Virus record (IMG/VR): IMGVR_UViG_3300042922_000517
Location: 1-51,010 of that record
Direction: 5' to 3' (one strand)
Source: a virus
Lineage: Duplodnaviria > Caudoviricetes
Length of the DNA stretch: 51,010 nt
A model generated the notes under the pieces. The model was given only the letters and a program-made list of their open reading frames with translations, searched no databases and had not been told where the DNA came from. How positions within the stretch are numbered: the stretch's first letter is position 1; each line of letters begins with the position of its first letter. Below, in pieces: positions 9,804 to 19,654 of this stretch. The position numbers and the translations under genes are program-made.

Positions 9804-10004
9804 TTAAAATCTTTGTCCGTGCTCTATAGCATGTACAATACGGTCAGTTCGTTTGTCGGCTTTATATGCATTTACAACCAGTATGGCATGAATAACTCCA
9901 GGGAAATAGGCACAGATCGTCAAAATGCAGCTCAACAAAAACTGGCCGGGCTTCTTACAGCTTAATACGGCTAATGGTGGCACGAAACAAAGCAGGTATC
10001 GCAT
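9804..10004 (-). CDS. YqaE/Pmp3-family small membrane protein
   Basis: MRYLLCFVPPLAV..PGVIHAILVV motif; GGAGGA RBS at 10011-10016 supports start at 10004. Confidence 0.85.
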   Translation of the reverse strand: MRYLLCFVPPLAVLSCKKPGQFLLSCILTICAYFPGVIHAILVVNAYKADKRTDRIVHAIEHGQRF

Positions 10005-10055
10005 TACTTTTCCTCCGTTTTGGTTAGATGCCACCATAATATCACAATAAACCAA

Positions 10056-10478
10056 TTATGTCGTTGGATTTGTAACAGTAATATCAGATTGCAATGAGAA
10101 TGTTGCCGTAAACATCAGAGCAGCGTTGACTGCAGCGGCGCCCATCTTCACAGATACATAGGCGTCAAATTCATGCGTTGTGCCATCTGGATACTCCAGC
10201 TGATAGGTAGCGAGGGTATTAGCTTCTGACAGCCCATTCAGCACACGATAGTTACTTGTCGCTGTGCTATTATCGTATAGGAAATTAAAGGCCAAATCCC
10301 CCAGGTCTTTGATCCCAGGAATGTACTTTTTGACGTTGTCCTTAAGAGTGGTTACTTCTACTTTTTCCGGGTCACCGCCGATTTCTGGAACTTCCATCAG
10401 CAACGGGATTTCGATAAACGAAGAGCCGCCGCTTGCCTTATAGGATAGTGTGGTCTCTTTACTCAATATACCTGCCAT
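10056..10478 (-). CDS. Major tail (tube) protein
   Basis: VPEIGGDPEKVEVTTL..YIPGIKDLG..YPDGT siphovirus tube motif. Confidence 0.9.
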   Translation of the reverse strand: MAGILSKETTLSYKASGGSSFIEIPLLMEVPEIGGDPEKVEVTTLKDNVKKYIPGIKDLGDLAFNFLYDNSTATSNYRVLNGLSEANTLATYQLEYPDGTTHEFDAYVSVKMGAAAVNAALMFTATFSLQSDITVTNPTT

Positions 10479-10493
10479 CTTGCCATTCCTCCT

Positions 10494-10847
10494 TTATTGA
10501 TAAACCAAATTATTGCGAGTATCCACTACTCCGCGGTACCGCATTGTTTTATGCTTAATCCCATCCGGATCCGGTACATCGGCCGCGAACTCTCTCCGCA
10601 GTCCGATACTACCTAACTGCTGTTCAACTGCAGCAGCTATTACACCGGTTGAACGGTCATGCCATATATCGACCTGGACAGCCACATCAGATAGCGGCGA
10701 CAACTTTATTTTCAGTGGATCTGTGTTAGCAATCTCGTAAAAGGATATGTGCGGCAGATCATTAAAGCTGGCTGGGTATGCATCGGATACTGTTACACCT
10801 GGGATAGCAGACAGTAATGCATTCACCTCTGGTTTTATATCGTACAT
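10494..10847 (-). CDS. Tail terminator/completion protein
   Basis: Position; YP..PHISFYE..VQVDIW..HKTMRY pattern. Confidence 0.8.
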   Translation of the reverse strand: MYDIKPEVNALLSAIPGVTVSDAYPASFNDLPHISFYEIANTDPLKIKLSPLSDVAVQVDIWHDRSTGVIAAAVEQQLGSIGLRREFAADVPDPDGIKHKTMRYRGVVDTRNNLVYQ

Positions 10848-11290
10848 TATGGAGTGCCTCCCATCAGTCTAATGACATCCTGCTTCACTTTGGCCTTAAC
10901 GATCTGCGGCACAATCTTTTTATTTTGAACGACAGCCGGATATAGAAATGGTTGAGCTCTGTTACCTTTCCAGTCCTGCCGGTATCGGAGCCTGCCTATC
11001 ATTGGAGGCGGGTTAACCGATGCCTCGCCGCGCTGGCCGGTCCCAAACTCTACGTAAGGGGCGTAATAGATGTTGGTTGATATAAACCCCTCTACCTTGC
11101 CGTCTCGCTCCCGGACGCCAGCCTGAATACTGTTACGGAGTATCCCCTCATCTACTGGGCACAGGTCTTTTGCATCTCCCTGGACTTTGTGAGCAGCTTG
11201 TAGCATGCCGATCTTCAGTGACTGATCTACTACGCCGCCAAGTCGATCCAGTTTCCGCAGCAAGCTAGGCAATCCCTCTATTATCGTCAT
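10847..11290 (-). CDS. HK97 gp10-like neck/tail-completion protein
   Basis: CPVDEGILRNSI..YAPYVEFGT..AQPFLYPA motif. Confidence 0.9.
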   Translation of the reverse strand: MTIIEGLPSLLRKLDRLGGVVDQSLKIGMLQAAHKVQGDAKDLCPVDEGILRNSIQAGVRERDGKVEGFISTNIYYAPYVEFGTGQRGEASVNPPPMIGRLRYRQDWKGNRAQPFLYPAVVQNKKIVPQIVKAKVKQDVIRLMGGTP

Positions 11291-11610
11291 TTCTTCACCT
11301 TCTCCAAGTCAATCACCTTATGGCCATTCCAGGGCCGTACAGCGACAACCTTGTAATCCGGATCAGCGGTGTACACACATGCAAAAGTAGACTCAGGAAT
11401 GATTGCCTGAGCCTCTACATACATCGTAAGCATATACGCCAGCCGCTCCCCGTACATTTCAGCCATTGTCCGGCCGCCTGCCGGCTGCACACTACCCCTG
11501 ATGGTTACTCCTACTGGGTCCCAGCCTTCATAGGTGGTCGCGTCAGGCTCTTTAATGGTTATCCTACCCTTAAATACTACCGAACGTTTGTCGCGCTCTC
11601 TAAGCCTCAC
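11287..11610 (-). CDS. Head closure / head-tail adaptor
   Basis: Position and size; VQPAGG..AEMYGER motif. Confidence 0.75.
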   Translation of the reverse strand: MRLRERDKRSVVFKGRITIKEPDATTYEGWDPVGVTIRGSVQPAGGRTMAEMYGERLAYMLTMYVEAQAIIPESTFACVYTADPDYKVVAVRPWNGHKVIDLEKVKK

Positions 11611-11932
11611 GAGAGCCCACCACCTTGATAATCACATGGCGGCTGACAGACTGCTTGATTGATGGCGGCAAGTCTTCAAACGAACGGCTCACTCCGCCTT
11701 CTCCGTGGCTTGTCTGACCTTCTATGCCCACCTTGTTATAGCGCATTATAGCGAGCTGCCTCAGAGCTGGTTCAAGCGTTGGAGGTAAGACAGACCTGTT
11801 AGTCCAGGCCAACAGGTCTGTCTCCGTATCCATAAGTAGCAGATTCAGTGCCGGGTCCTGTGTTTCATCGGATGTCGAAATTCCAAGCGCTATCTTAAGT
11901 TTCTCGAGAGTTGTCAAATCCTCCACCCCCAT
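11600..11932 (-). CDS. Head-tail connector (SPP1 gp15-like)
   Basis: LEKLKIALGI..RYNKVGIEGQTSHGEGGVSRSF motif. Confidence 0.85.
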   Translation of the reverse strand: MGVEDLTTLEKLKIALGISTSDETQDPALNLLLMDTETDLLAWTNRSVLPPTLEPALRQLAIMRYNKVGIEGQTSHGEGGVSRSFEDLPPSIKQSVSRHVIIKVVGSREA

Positions 11933-11946
11933 AAAATAAAGGGCGG

Positions 11947-12231
11947 TTACTCGCCGCCCTCGTTGCCTTGATTGGCTTCATGATCTTGAATGACCTTAAG
12001 CACTTCCTCTTTCCTAGTGGCCCCGGCGAGGTCAATGCCATTCTTCTTAGCATAAGACTTAAGCTCCGGAGCACTCATGTCCTCCAGTTCTTTCGCCTCT
12101 TCCGGGATTTCATCGCCGACTACACCCAGCTCCTGCAGCCGCAGAGCCTGCTTATCGTCCAGTTCGATCTCCCCGGAATCAACAATAACCCCGCCTTGAA
12201 GGACGGGGGTTAGCACTTTGTATTTAGTCAT
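11947..12231 (-). CDS. Small acidic head-associated protein with Rho-N/HeH-like C-terminal motif
   Basis: Follows the capsid gene; LEDMSAPELKSYAKKNGIDL..KEEVLKVI; likely start MTKYKVL at 12231. Confidence 0.65.
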   Translation of the reverse strand: MTKYKVLTPVLQGGVIVDSGEIELDDKQALRLQELGVVGDEIPEEAKELEDMSAPELKSYAKKNGIDLAGATRKEEVLKVIQDHEANQGNEGGE

Positions 12232-12250
12232 ATTTATGATAGCTCCTCTC

Positions 12251-13240
12251 TTAAACCGACAGGCGGTGGATTTGGGATGGTTGTTTAACGCCGACAAATG
12301 CAGACTCACCCACATATATTTCTTCTTGTGGCGGCGGCCCCATGTCGATTTTAGGCACTACATAGATACCAGGATTGAAGTCCTTCTCCACTGTAGGGCC
12401 TTGAACGGTGACGATAGGTTGCTCTCCCAGCAGGGCAACCGTTCTGGCTGGCAGCAACCGCGAAGCCGCAGCTCCATCAAGTGAAATTTTGTCGTCATTT
12501 ACCCGGATAGCTATTGGTGCATCAGCTACCGAAATAAAGAGACTTTCAATTTGTGCTCTTGTTGGAATCATTGCGCTGTTAACGCCGTAGATCGCACCGC
12601 GAATTTGTTGGTTTAGAGTAATATCCAGCAAAACACTGCCTGAAAGGTCGATGTATTTTGGGGCCTGCCCGGCGTTAGCATCTTTGAATGCTTGGACAGC
12701 AGCTCTGAAATCATCCAACGGATTAGAAGCAGCACGGTCACTCCATGCCGTTGCTGGTGTTACAATAGCGGGCAAACCGAAATTGACATTGATTTGAACG
12801 CCATTTGAATTGTAAACGATCGTTCCGATGTAGGCGGCTTGAGCGCGGATCCACTCTTCAGTGTCATTCACACCCTCAATCAGACGGTCGGTTTGATCAT
12901 ATACACGTTTGATTGCGCGCTCGCGTTCGTCATTAACCCGCGGATTCATAAATTTAAGCTGTTCCCGCTCATCGATACGGACACCATGCTGAATTTTGGC
13001 AATCTCTTGAGTCAAAGTCTTGAGCCCCTGCTTGTCCCTCAATGGAGCTCCTGCGTTCCAGCCAGTGATAGCCGCGCTCGGTGCGTATGTCTGAGTAAAT
13101 ACATCATAATCGAAAGTCAAATCATACGTTACGTCGAATTCGCTGATTGCCTTCAGCAGATATTGTTTCGGAAGGATACGATTCTCTACGTACCCCAAAA
13201 ATGTCGGCTTCTTAAATTGATCCAGTGAAAGAATTCCCAT
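12251..13240 (-). CDS. Major capsid protein (lambda gpE-like family)
   Basis: 329 aa, after scaffold and decoration genes; EEWIRAQA..VNFGLP..WSD..NPLDD pattern. Confidence 0.85.
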   Translation of the reverse strand: MGILSLDQFKKPTFLGYVENRILPKQYLLKAISEFDVTYDLTFDYDVFTQTYAPSAAITGWNAGAPLRDKQGLKTLTQEIAKIQHGVRIDEREQLKFMNPRVNDERERAIKRVYDQTDRLIEGVNDTEEWIRAQAAYIGTIVYNSNGVQINVNFGLPAIVTPATAWSDRAASNPLDDFRAAVQAFKDANAGQAPKYIDLSGSVLLDITLNQQIRGAIYGVNSAMIPTRAQIESLFISVADAPIAIRVNDDKISLDGAAASRLLPARTVALLGEQPIVTVQGPTVEKDFNPGIYVVPKIDMGPPPQEEIYVGESAFVGVKQPSQIHRLSV

Positions 13241-13266
13241 TCTTTATTCACCCTTCCTTTTGTTTT

Positions 13267-13623
13267 TTAGTAGTAACGGTACCGCCCGCCGGCAGCTGTC
13301 TTAAATGCTGCTGTAACGCCCGCAAGCTTACTTTCAACTACAAGCGCCTCTGCCCATGCCCCAACAACCACATTGACTGTCGTGGCCTCTCCGGTGAATA
13401 CATCATGATTAGTCAGATATGGAACGCCTGTGTCAGCATCAGCCCAGGGCTTAGCCAGACCGCTCACTTGGATGCTTACAGCCGTCCCTGCCGGAATGAG
13501 AGTATTAACAGCGAACTTTGTACCATCAAGCGTGATCCCTCCAACCTTTTCAATAGATCCTTTGACGGTATAGAGGATTTCCTTCTGTGATCCATATTCT
13601 TTAACCCGTGGATTCAAATTCAT
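13267..13623 (-). CDS. Head decoration protein
   Basis: 118 aa between scaffold and capsid; LIPAGT motif. Confidence 0.7.
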   Translation of the reverse strand: MNLNPRVKEYGSQKEILYTVKGSIEKVGGITLDGTKFAVNTLIPAGTAVSIQVSGLAKPWADADTGVPYLTNHDVFTGEATTVNVVVGAWAEALVVESKLAGVTAAFKTAAGGRYRYY

Positions 13624-14270
13624 TATTTGCCACTTCCTTTCTGGTTTCTTTGTTCAGCCATGGACTTACCTGCATCGTAGCCTTTCGGAGCCGCGCCGCC
13701 CCCGCCTCTTGGGGCTTCACCTTTCAGCCTCTCGTTAACAGCCGATTCTACCGCTGCTCTAAATGCGGTTTCTACGGCTGCAATGCTGCTGTTTGTGCTT
13801 TCGGCGTCCGTATATACGAGAATTTCAGCCAATTGAGAAGGCAGGCTCTTTTCGGCCAGTGATTCCAGAGCAGTAGCCCTCAACTCACGGCGATTGATAG
13901 CTGCTTCACGTTCAGCCAATTCATTCTCACGCTTAGTCCGCTCATGCTCTGCACGTTGATCCGCATTCATCTTCGCCAGTTTCTCAGCTTCTGATTTCTG
14001 AGCCTCAAGCTTTGTTTCAAAGTCCTTCTCCCACTTGGAACGCTCGCGGGCAATCGTTTTGTTTACAATTTTGTCGATATCCTCTTGCGTGAATGATTTT
14101 GAGCCTTGTTCCTTATCATCTTTTCCATCACCCTCGCCGCCGCCGTCTCCGCCCTGTCCGTCCCCACCTTCACCGCCGTCACCTTCGCCCTCGCCGCCCT
14201 CACCGGCAAACATTTGAAGCCAATTAGCAGGCAATCTATCACGAAATGATTTGATTTGTGGTTTTTCCAT
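13623..14270 (-). CDS. Capsid scaffolding protein (DUF4355-like)
   Basis: LQMFA (Prp-type cleavage motif), Gly/Glu linker, KSFTQEDIDKIV, coiled coil, VNERLKG. Confidence 0.9.
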   Translation of the reverse strand: MEKPQIKSFRDRLPANWLQMFAGEGGEGEGDGGEGGDGQGGDGGGEGDGKDDKEQGSKSFTQEDIDKIVNKTIARERSKWEKDFETKLEAQKSEAEKLAKMNADQRAEHERTKRENELAEREAAINRRELRATALESLAEKSLPSQLAEILVYTDAESTNSSIAAVETAFRAAVESAVNERLKGEAPRGGGGAAPKGYDAGKSMAEQRNQKGSGK

Positions 14271-14274
14271 TGTG

Positions 14275-14343
14275 AACCTCCGGTTTACGCCCCTCGGCTA
14301 GTCTCATGCAGCTTTTAACGTCCTCCGCACGTTCTGGACGTAA
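14275..14343 (-). promoter_or_regulatory. Structured scaffold-gene leader (H-type pseudoknot)
   Basis: Stem ACGUCC/GGACGU; loop UGCGG pairs with downstream CUGCA; lies just upstream of the GGAGG RBS. Confidence 0.6.
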
Positions 14344-14344
14344 C

Positions 14345-14367
14345 AAAAAAGCCGCCTATTTGGCGAC
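14345..14367 (-). terminator. Intrinsic terminator after the minor head gene
   Basis: GTCGCC-AAATA-GGCGGC-TTTTTT. Confidence 0.75.
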
Positions 14368-14368
14368 A

Positions 14369-15613
14369 TCACTTATTTTTTATGCGCTTTTCTCGATACG
14401 TTTTTCTGAGGTTCACCCACTCATCACCATTGCCATATTTAGCATCGATGAATTTTGCATATGAACTCGGCGCTTCCTTACCCAATACGTCCTTATAACG
14501 CTTGTATAAGCTTTTATCAGTGGTTTTATTCTGTAGCTGCTTCTCGATGGTATTAACACGATCCGTTCCGTGTTTGCCCGTAACGTATTGCTTATACCAT
14601 TGATCATAGTTCATGCTTGCCGGCACCAGTTCAGTTTCACCGGTTACTGGGTTGCGAGCCCGCCGTTGAACTCCCTCCAAGGTAGCCGGACCCAAGTAAG
14701 CACGTGTCGTACTACGGCAGAAGGCGTGTAGCGGAGGCATGTTCTTGCCCGGCATGGCGTCCTTCACATTGAATATCATCCTATCGGCTTTACGGCACTG
14801 CCTAGATGTGCGCTTATCCAGAGTGGCTACATAAATGTACTGATCAATCTCAGCGGCTTTATATGCTTCCATCTCCCCGGCATTCGCCATATAGGTGTAC
14901 TCGGTCCGGACGAGTCGGGATGCTGCGAATTTACCATTACCAGTGGCCTCTTGTATCTCCCTGACCATTTGCCTGCTGCCTGAACCACTCATGAACCCTG
15001 CGGTCATGATATTGGTTAAGCTGCTGGCAAGGATATCTGTATTGGCCCACACCCTAGCGGAGAACTGTTGTCCGCTCCATGGATTGGTTAAGATAGCCTG
15101 GATGGTATTGGTAGGCATCTGGGCAAAATCGAATCCAATACCTAGCCCACGCTGAATATCAAACATATGCTTGTAATAGCTATCATCAACTACCTTGATA
15201 TATGCCCTCTTACTGGCCCTCAGTTCAACGTCAGCCACTTCTTTCGAGCCGACATATATTTGCTGCTGCAACATCTGAAGTCGCGTAATACGAGCCCTGT
15301 AAGCTGGAGCGTTGAGCCTGGATAATACTTCGCGCCGTATATCCGGATCCTTGATCCCGGGGAGCCGCCGCTTTAAGGCCGCATATTCCCTTGGTGATAT
15401 CGGATCATTAAGCATTTTAGCCGCGACCTTCGGATCCAGCTTCCCGTTATTGGCGTATGTCTTGAATATCTTATCGATTTCGAGAGCTAAATCAGATGCC
15501 GCTTTATCATAGGCTGCATTGATAACCTTTATGGTGCTGTCTGCATCCTTGTGGTAACCGGCCATGCGCTGCCGGGACCTTAACGTCCAATAGGCGCTAT
15601 TCTGCTTCTTCAT
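14369..15613 (-). CDS. Minor head morphogenesis protein (SPP1 gp7/MuF)
   Basis: RLVRTE, ATLDKRTSRQC and PPLHAFCRS motifs. Confidence 0.92.
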   Translation of the reverse strand: MKKQNSAYWTLRSRQRMAGYHKDADSTIKVINAAYDKAASDLALEIDKIFKTYANNGKLDPKVAAKMLNDPISPREYAALKRRLPGIKDPDIRREVLSRLNAPAYRARITRLQMLQQQIYVGSKEVADVELRASKRAYIKVVDDSYYKHMFDIQRGLGIGFDFAQMPTNTIQAILTNPWSGQQFSARVWANTDILASSLTNIMTAGFMSGSGSRQMVREIQEATGNGKFAASRLVRTEYTYMANAGEMEAYKAAEIDQYIYVATLDKRTSRQCRKADRMIFNVKDAMPGKNMPPLHAFCRSTTRAYLGPATLEGVQRRARNPVTGETELVPASMNYDQWYKQYVTGKHGTDRVNTIEKQLQNKTTDKSLYKRYKDVLGKEAPSSYAKFIDAKYGNGDEWVNLRKTYREKRIKNK

Positions 15614-17000
15614 CGGCGATTACCGCCTCTTCGGATCCGTCTTCATCAGGGAATGGCATACTAAAAGCTTTCTGATTCCGTTTAACTTCAGTTTCCTTCT
15701 GCTCTTCTACCTTCGTGGTTTCCTCTACGGCATCCTTGACGAACGACAGCTGCGAGATCAAAGTTTCATTACTAACCATCCCGCTAAGAGTACCAATCAT
15801 GGTTGCTGTCTCGGCATCGTTACTCGGCAAACTGCGAGTCATGATGATTTCAGTATCGGATACATCCACTTCAGCTGCTTTAACAGCCAAGAAATTGGCA
15901 AAAAGCTTCAACCTCTCTCTAAGGCCTTGAACAAAATAGCGCTCTTTGGTCTTGGCTAACTGTTCCAGGCCAAAGAGCTTATATTTCATCGCTACCCCAG
16001 AGGCATTAGAAGCAAAGTTCTCGTCTGTAAGGTTAGGGACCATGCTGAATTCATGAATATCTGACTTAATCGAATCTTTGAGAACTTCGATTTGAGTTTC
16101 ATTCAGAGCTTTCGTTAGCCATTCTGCTTTACCTTCTAGCGGCAGCTCCATGATCTTGTGACGTTTAAGTAGCTTAACCGCTTCAGATTGATCGTCGAGG
16201 TTGTCGCCAAGAGATCCTCCCGTAAGCATCAGAATGGCATCAACGAATTGCTCCTTGTCGTTGATACGATCCGAAGCAAGCACGTTATAGGCATCAATCA
16301 AACTTAGTTGTTGTTCGAAGTCGCCTTGCCGTTCTTCGTTGTTCCAAAATTCCACGATGGGAACACCTTTGAAGTAATGCTCAACCGTTTCTATTAACTC
16401 AAAACCTTCTCCGGTGATCTCTTTCACCTTAAATCGAAACCATTTGTTATCAGTGCACACGTTGACCGCATAGCCTACAATTTTGTTATCCAAATCCTTC
16501 TTGGCATAGAAATGGACTCCAAACATAGGCTTGTACTCGACTGTGTCATCAACCACAAGGAAAATTTGCCTTGGGTCAATCACCGTTGCTTTTGGGATAG
16601 GTTCATCATCGTTAGAAGCAAAGTATAGCTCTCGTCCCTCACCAAACATTGAAAGATCCTTACCCATCTCCGAATCGTGGCTTACTATGTCTATTTTTTT
16701 GAACACTTCAAGCAGGCTCTGAATTTTGTCACCATTATATTTAACTGGATTGCCCATTACATAACCTACAGCAACATCGGTGATGTACTTGGCGTGGTTG
16801 GCAACCAACTTATTATTGGGCAGGCCCTTATCCTCTCCACCCAAGTCCCTCTGCAGGATGGCATGCTCTCCCTTATAATACTGCTCAAGCTTGTCCAGGC
16901 GGGCGATACCGTCCCTGTGTTCAGCGATGCAATTCTTTAGCAGCGCCGGTGGGATAACGTTCGGATCCTCCCATAGATCCCGGGCACGTATGATTGCCAT
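15597..17000 (-). CDS. Portal protein (SPP1 gp6-like)
   Basis: YYKGEH..NNKLVANHAKYI, GDFEQQLSLIDAYN and NASGVAMKYKLFGL motifs. Confidence 0.95.
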   Translation of the reverse strand: MAIIRARDLWEDPNVIPPALLKNCIAEHRDGIARLDKLEQYYKGEHAILQRDLGGEDKGLPNNKLVANHAKYITDVAVGYVMGNPVKYNGDKIQSLLEVFKKIDIVSHDSEMGKDLSMFGEGRELYFASNDDEPIPKATVIDPRQIFLVVDDTVEYKPMFGVHFYAKKDLDNKIVGYAVNVCTDNKWFRFKVKEITGEGFELIETVEHYFKGVPIVEFWNNEERQGDFEQQLSLIDAYNVLASDRINDKEQFVDAILMLTGGSLGDNLDDQSEAVKLLKRHKIMELPLEGKAEWLTKALNETQIEVLKDSIKSDIHEFSMVPNLTDENFASNASGVAMKYKLFGLEQLAKTKERYFVQGLRERLKLFANFLAVKAAEVDVSDTEIIMTRSLPSNDAETATMIGTLSGMVSNETLISQLSFVKDAVEETTKVEEQKETEVKRNQKAFSMPFPDEDGSEEAVIADEEAE

Positions 17001-17004
17001 TGGT

Positions 17005-17232
17005 TTATCTCACCCCCAGAACCCATAAGCAGCTGCATTTGATAATGAGTAGCAGCAAATAAGGGTATTGATACCACCTGATATCATACTCGTAACGCGC
17101 CGTTCTCCAAGCCAACAGCGGAAATCCATACCACCTAATAAAGAGCCTCATATCAAAGCTCAATCCCTTGCCTGGAGAGAGAGTATAGTAAACTCCGGGA
17201 CATATTTTTTGTTTGCCTGATGGCATTCTCAT
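17005..17232 (-). CDS. Small hydrophobic hypothetical protein inserted between terL and portal
   Basis: Start overlaps the terL stop; aromatic/hydrophobic 75 aa. Confidence 0.5.
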   Translation of the reverse strand: MRMPSGKQKICPGVYYTLSPGKGLSFDMRLFIRWYGFPLLAWRTARYEYDIRWYQYPYLLLLIIKCSCLWVLGVR

Positions 17233-18524
17233 TACCTCACCCCCAATGCTGATTTTTTGCCTACTCCGATGGTATAGCCCTTCATATCAGCTACTTCGTA
17301 ATCATCCAGGGCATACCAAATAGCCGAAAACGTATGCGGGTCAATGTTGAATTGATCCGTTATGATCTCTCCGGCTTTGTCTACTGCGTATGTTAATTCC
17401 TTTAGCTCTTCTATGGTATTCGGACAATTGGTAGAGCATATTATCCGCTTGAACCGCTTGATCTTCTTTGTATACTGATCCCGGGAGCCGCCGAACTTCT
17501 TGGCTGCCTGCATATTGAATTTCATCTGCCTGAAGTAAGTAATGGTCTTCGGTTCTGCGCTATCCGCTCTGATCAGTTCTTTCGACTCTCTGAATTCCTT
17601 GATCTCTTCGGCGGTACGATCATCCGTCATATTGTTCTTGTAATATTCCCAGTAGATATAGAGGATCTTCTCCTTATGATCTACAGCAAGCCTTACAAGC
17701 GCATTGTAGGAGTGCTCAAAACCAAAGTCCATGCCGGCGCGCTTCACTGGTGACCGGATACTCTGGATAGCTGCCATAACCTCTGCATGAGCCATTTCCT
17801 CGAACTGCGGCAGCACACGCTTACCGTTTACACCAAATCTCCCATTACGGGCAACCCGGTACAGATCTGGGTCATAGGTCTTCATGTCGTCCAGCTGGTC
17901 AATATAGCTCTGCGGCAAGAAAAAGTTATCATCGGCTGTAGAATGGTGATAGTAAACATTCTTAAGGATGATCACCCGATCACGGTACAATTCATCATCG
18001 TCAAGCGTGAACCGTTCCTTATCCTTGAAGAAGTATTTATAGCACCAGTTCGCCGTGCTAACTGGGTTGGTTGACAGGATCATGTGCAGCGGAAGCTTGG
18101 GGTGCCGCATACGGCCTAATAACTCCTTGAAGCCGGCATACTTCACTTCAGAACACTCTTCAATCCAGATAAGCGAGATATTGTTGATTGACTTCAGTTT
18201 GACCGGCTTGTCCATACCCTTGAATATGATTTTGCTGCCATTTGGAAACCTGATATGCATCGGGGAAGACATGGGCTTAACCTTACCCTCTAGCCCCAGG
18301 TCTACTATGATCTCCTCCAGCAGCGAGAATGTAGAATCTCGATGGGTGTCGTATACCTCGCGAACAACCAGGGCGGTACGCTTCTCTTTCAGCAGCTTAA
18401 GTATGATCTTCAGCCCGACATGGTAACTCTTTGACGATCCGTAGCCACCGACTAAAAAGTAAAACTTCTGTTCCCAGTCAAATAGGAAGTCTTCAAAGTG
18501 TGGGTTAACCTCTTTTTCTATCAT
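17232..18524 (-). CDS. terL: Terminase large subunit (PBSX XtmB type)
   Basis: Walker A GGYGSSKS, Walker B IWIEE, STNP, nuclease motifs GMDFG, ADSAEP and [11 protein letters not shown]. Confidence 0.96.
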   Translation of the reverse strand: MIEKEVNPHFEDFLFDWEQKFYFLVGGYGSSKSYHVGLKIILKLLKEKRTALVVREVYDTHRDSTFSLLEEIIVDLGLEGKVKPMSSPMHIRFPNGSKIIFKGMDKPVKLKSINNISLIWIEECSEVKYAGFKELLGRMRHPKLPLHMILSTNPVSTANWCYKYFFKDKERFTLDDDELYRDRVIILKNVYYHHSTADDNFFLPQSYIDQLDDMKTYDPDLYRVARNGRFGVNGKRVLPQFEEMAHAEVMAAIQSIRSPVKRAGMDFGFEHSYNALVRLAVDHKEKILYIYWEYYKNNMTDDRTAEEIKEFRESKELIRADSAEPKTITYFRQMKFNMQAAKKFGGSRDQYTKKIKRFKRIICSTNCPNTIEELKELTYAVDKAGEIITDQFNIDPHTFSAIWYALDDYEVADMKGYTIGVGKKSALGVR

Positions 18525-19318
18525 GAGCGGTCACCCTTACGCTTGATGATGATTTCAATCGGTTTGTCCTCATCCTTGTTAACTTTCTGATCCAGGAGAG
18601 CAACTTCACCTTTAAGCTTAGCGACTCTCAGGCGCTGCTCTTCATCCGCATTGCCTTGCCGACACATTTCCTCATACTGCTTAATGAGGCTCTGTAGCGT
18701 TCCCATAGCCCGGCTCTGAGCGGTTAGCAACGTAGCTTGGCGGTCCCATGAAAACTGGAATTCAAACTCTTCCTCGATCACCACTTGTTCCAAGTTTGGC
18801 TTGTCTTCTCCAGTGTCATGCACTTCATACTTCCGTTTCTTTAGCTCTTTTATCATTTCGTCTTTACTTTCAACGTGCATGATTTTCTGAGCTCGGATTA
18901 TAGCTGCATACTGAATTGTGATGTTATCCCACATCATGTCTATTGGAGAACGGGTTTCAAGTTCCTCCATGATCTCTGCAGTGTCGTCCGGCAGGAACTT
19001 GCGGAAGAAGCCATGAGTAACAGCTTTATCGTTCCGGTACGGCCCGCCGTCACCGCCCGCATTTCCGACAGCATTTTTGTTTCCTTGTGGAGCTCCATGA
19101 CCAGCGGCATTCTTATTTCCCTTGGGAGGTCCGCGCCGTTTCATGGATGCATCTTTCGAGGTGGATGCATCTTTTTTCTTTCCGGATGCATCCTTGCTCC
19201 ATCCTTGCCGTTGCTTCCGACTTTTCATCGTAGGATATTTGATTCCGTGTTTTTCGGCTAAGTCCGATAAGGATATTTCACTGGATTCGTATTCTTCTCT
19301 GATCTCTTCCCAGTTCAT
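18521..19318 (-). CDS. terS: Terminase small subunit (PBSX XtmA type)
   Basis: N-terminal [12 protein letters not shown] repeats, AVTHGFF; overlaps the terL start. Confidence 0.92.
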   Translation of the reverse strand: MNWEEIREEYESSEISLSDLAEKHGIKYPTMKSRKQRQGWSKDASGKKKDASTSKDASMKRRGPPKGNKNAAGHGAPQGNKNAVGNAGGDGGPYRNDKAVTHGFFRKFLPDDTAEIMEELETRSPIDMMWDNITIQYAAIIRAQKIMHVESKDEMIKELKKRKYEVHDTGEDKPNLEQVVIEEEFEFQFSWDRQATLLTAQSRAMGTLQSLIKQYEEMCRQGNADEEQRLRVAKLKGEVALLDQKVNKDEDKPIEIIIKRKGDRS

Positions 19319-19429
19319 CGCTACATTTCACCACCCCCGGCCCTTGTTTGAGTTGGTTTTGCAAGCCCATGTACCTTAATTCGCCGTCACCTCTGCAGCT
19401 TTTCAGGCATAAATTATGGGCTGAATCTA

Positions 19430-19630
19430 TTAGTTCCGAGCTATCCCTGCATTAGCCCACATAACGGCTTCTTCCAACTTTGTCATAGCCAGCGATTTCT
19501 CCCGGCTATTCGGAACCTGTTCATCGATCAGATAAGCCAATTTCTTCGCATTTTCACGGATTGCCTCGTGCTTGGCTGGTTCCTTCGGAAAGTGATATTT
19601 ATAGTTGTTCTCGATCTGTGGATTACTCAT
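19430..19630 (-). CDS. Acb2/Tad1-hairpin-like protein, candidate cyclic-nucleotide sponge
   Basis: SREKSLAMTKLEEAVMWANAGIAR resembles the Tad1/Acb2 helical hairpin; GGGAGG RBS supports start MSNPQ at 19630. Confidence 0.65.
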   Translation of the reverse strand: MSNPQIENNYKYHFPKEPAKHEAIRENAKKLAYLIDEQVPNSREKSLAMTKLEEAVMWANAGIARN

Positions 19631-19654
19631 TCGACTACCTCCCAATTTGGTTTA

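Noticed and set aside
14125-14205. GC-rich low-complexity repeat
   Set aside because: Encodes the Gly/Glu/Asp linker normal for scaffold proteins.
14369-14620. MuF C-terminal toxin extension
   Set aside because: The short basic tail has no recognisable toxin motif and no immunity gene follows.
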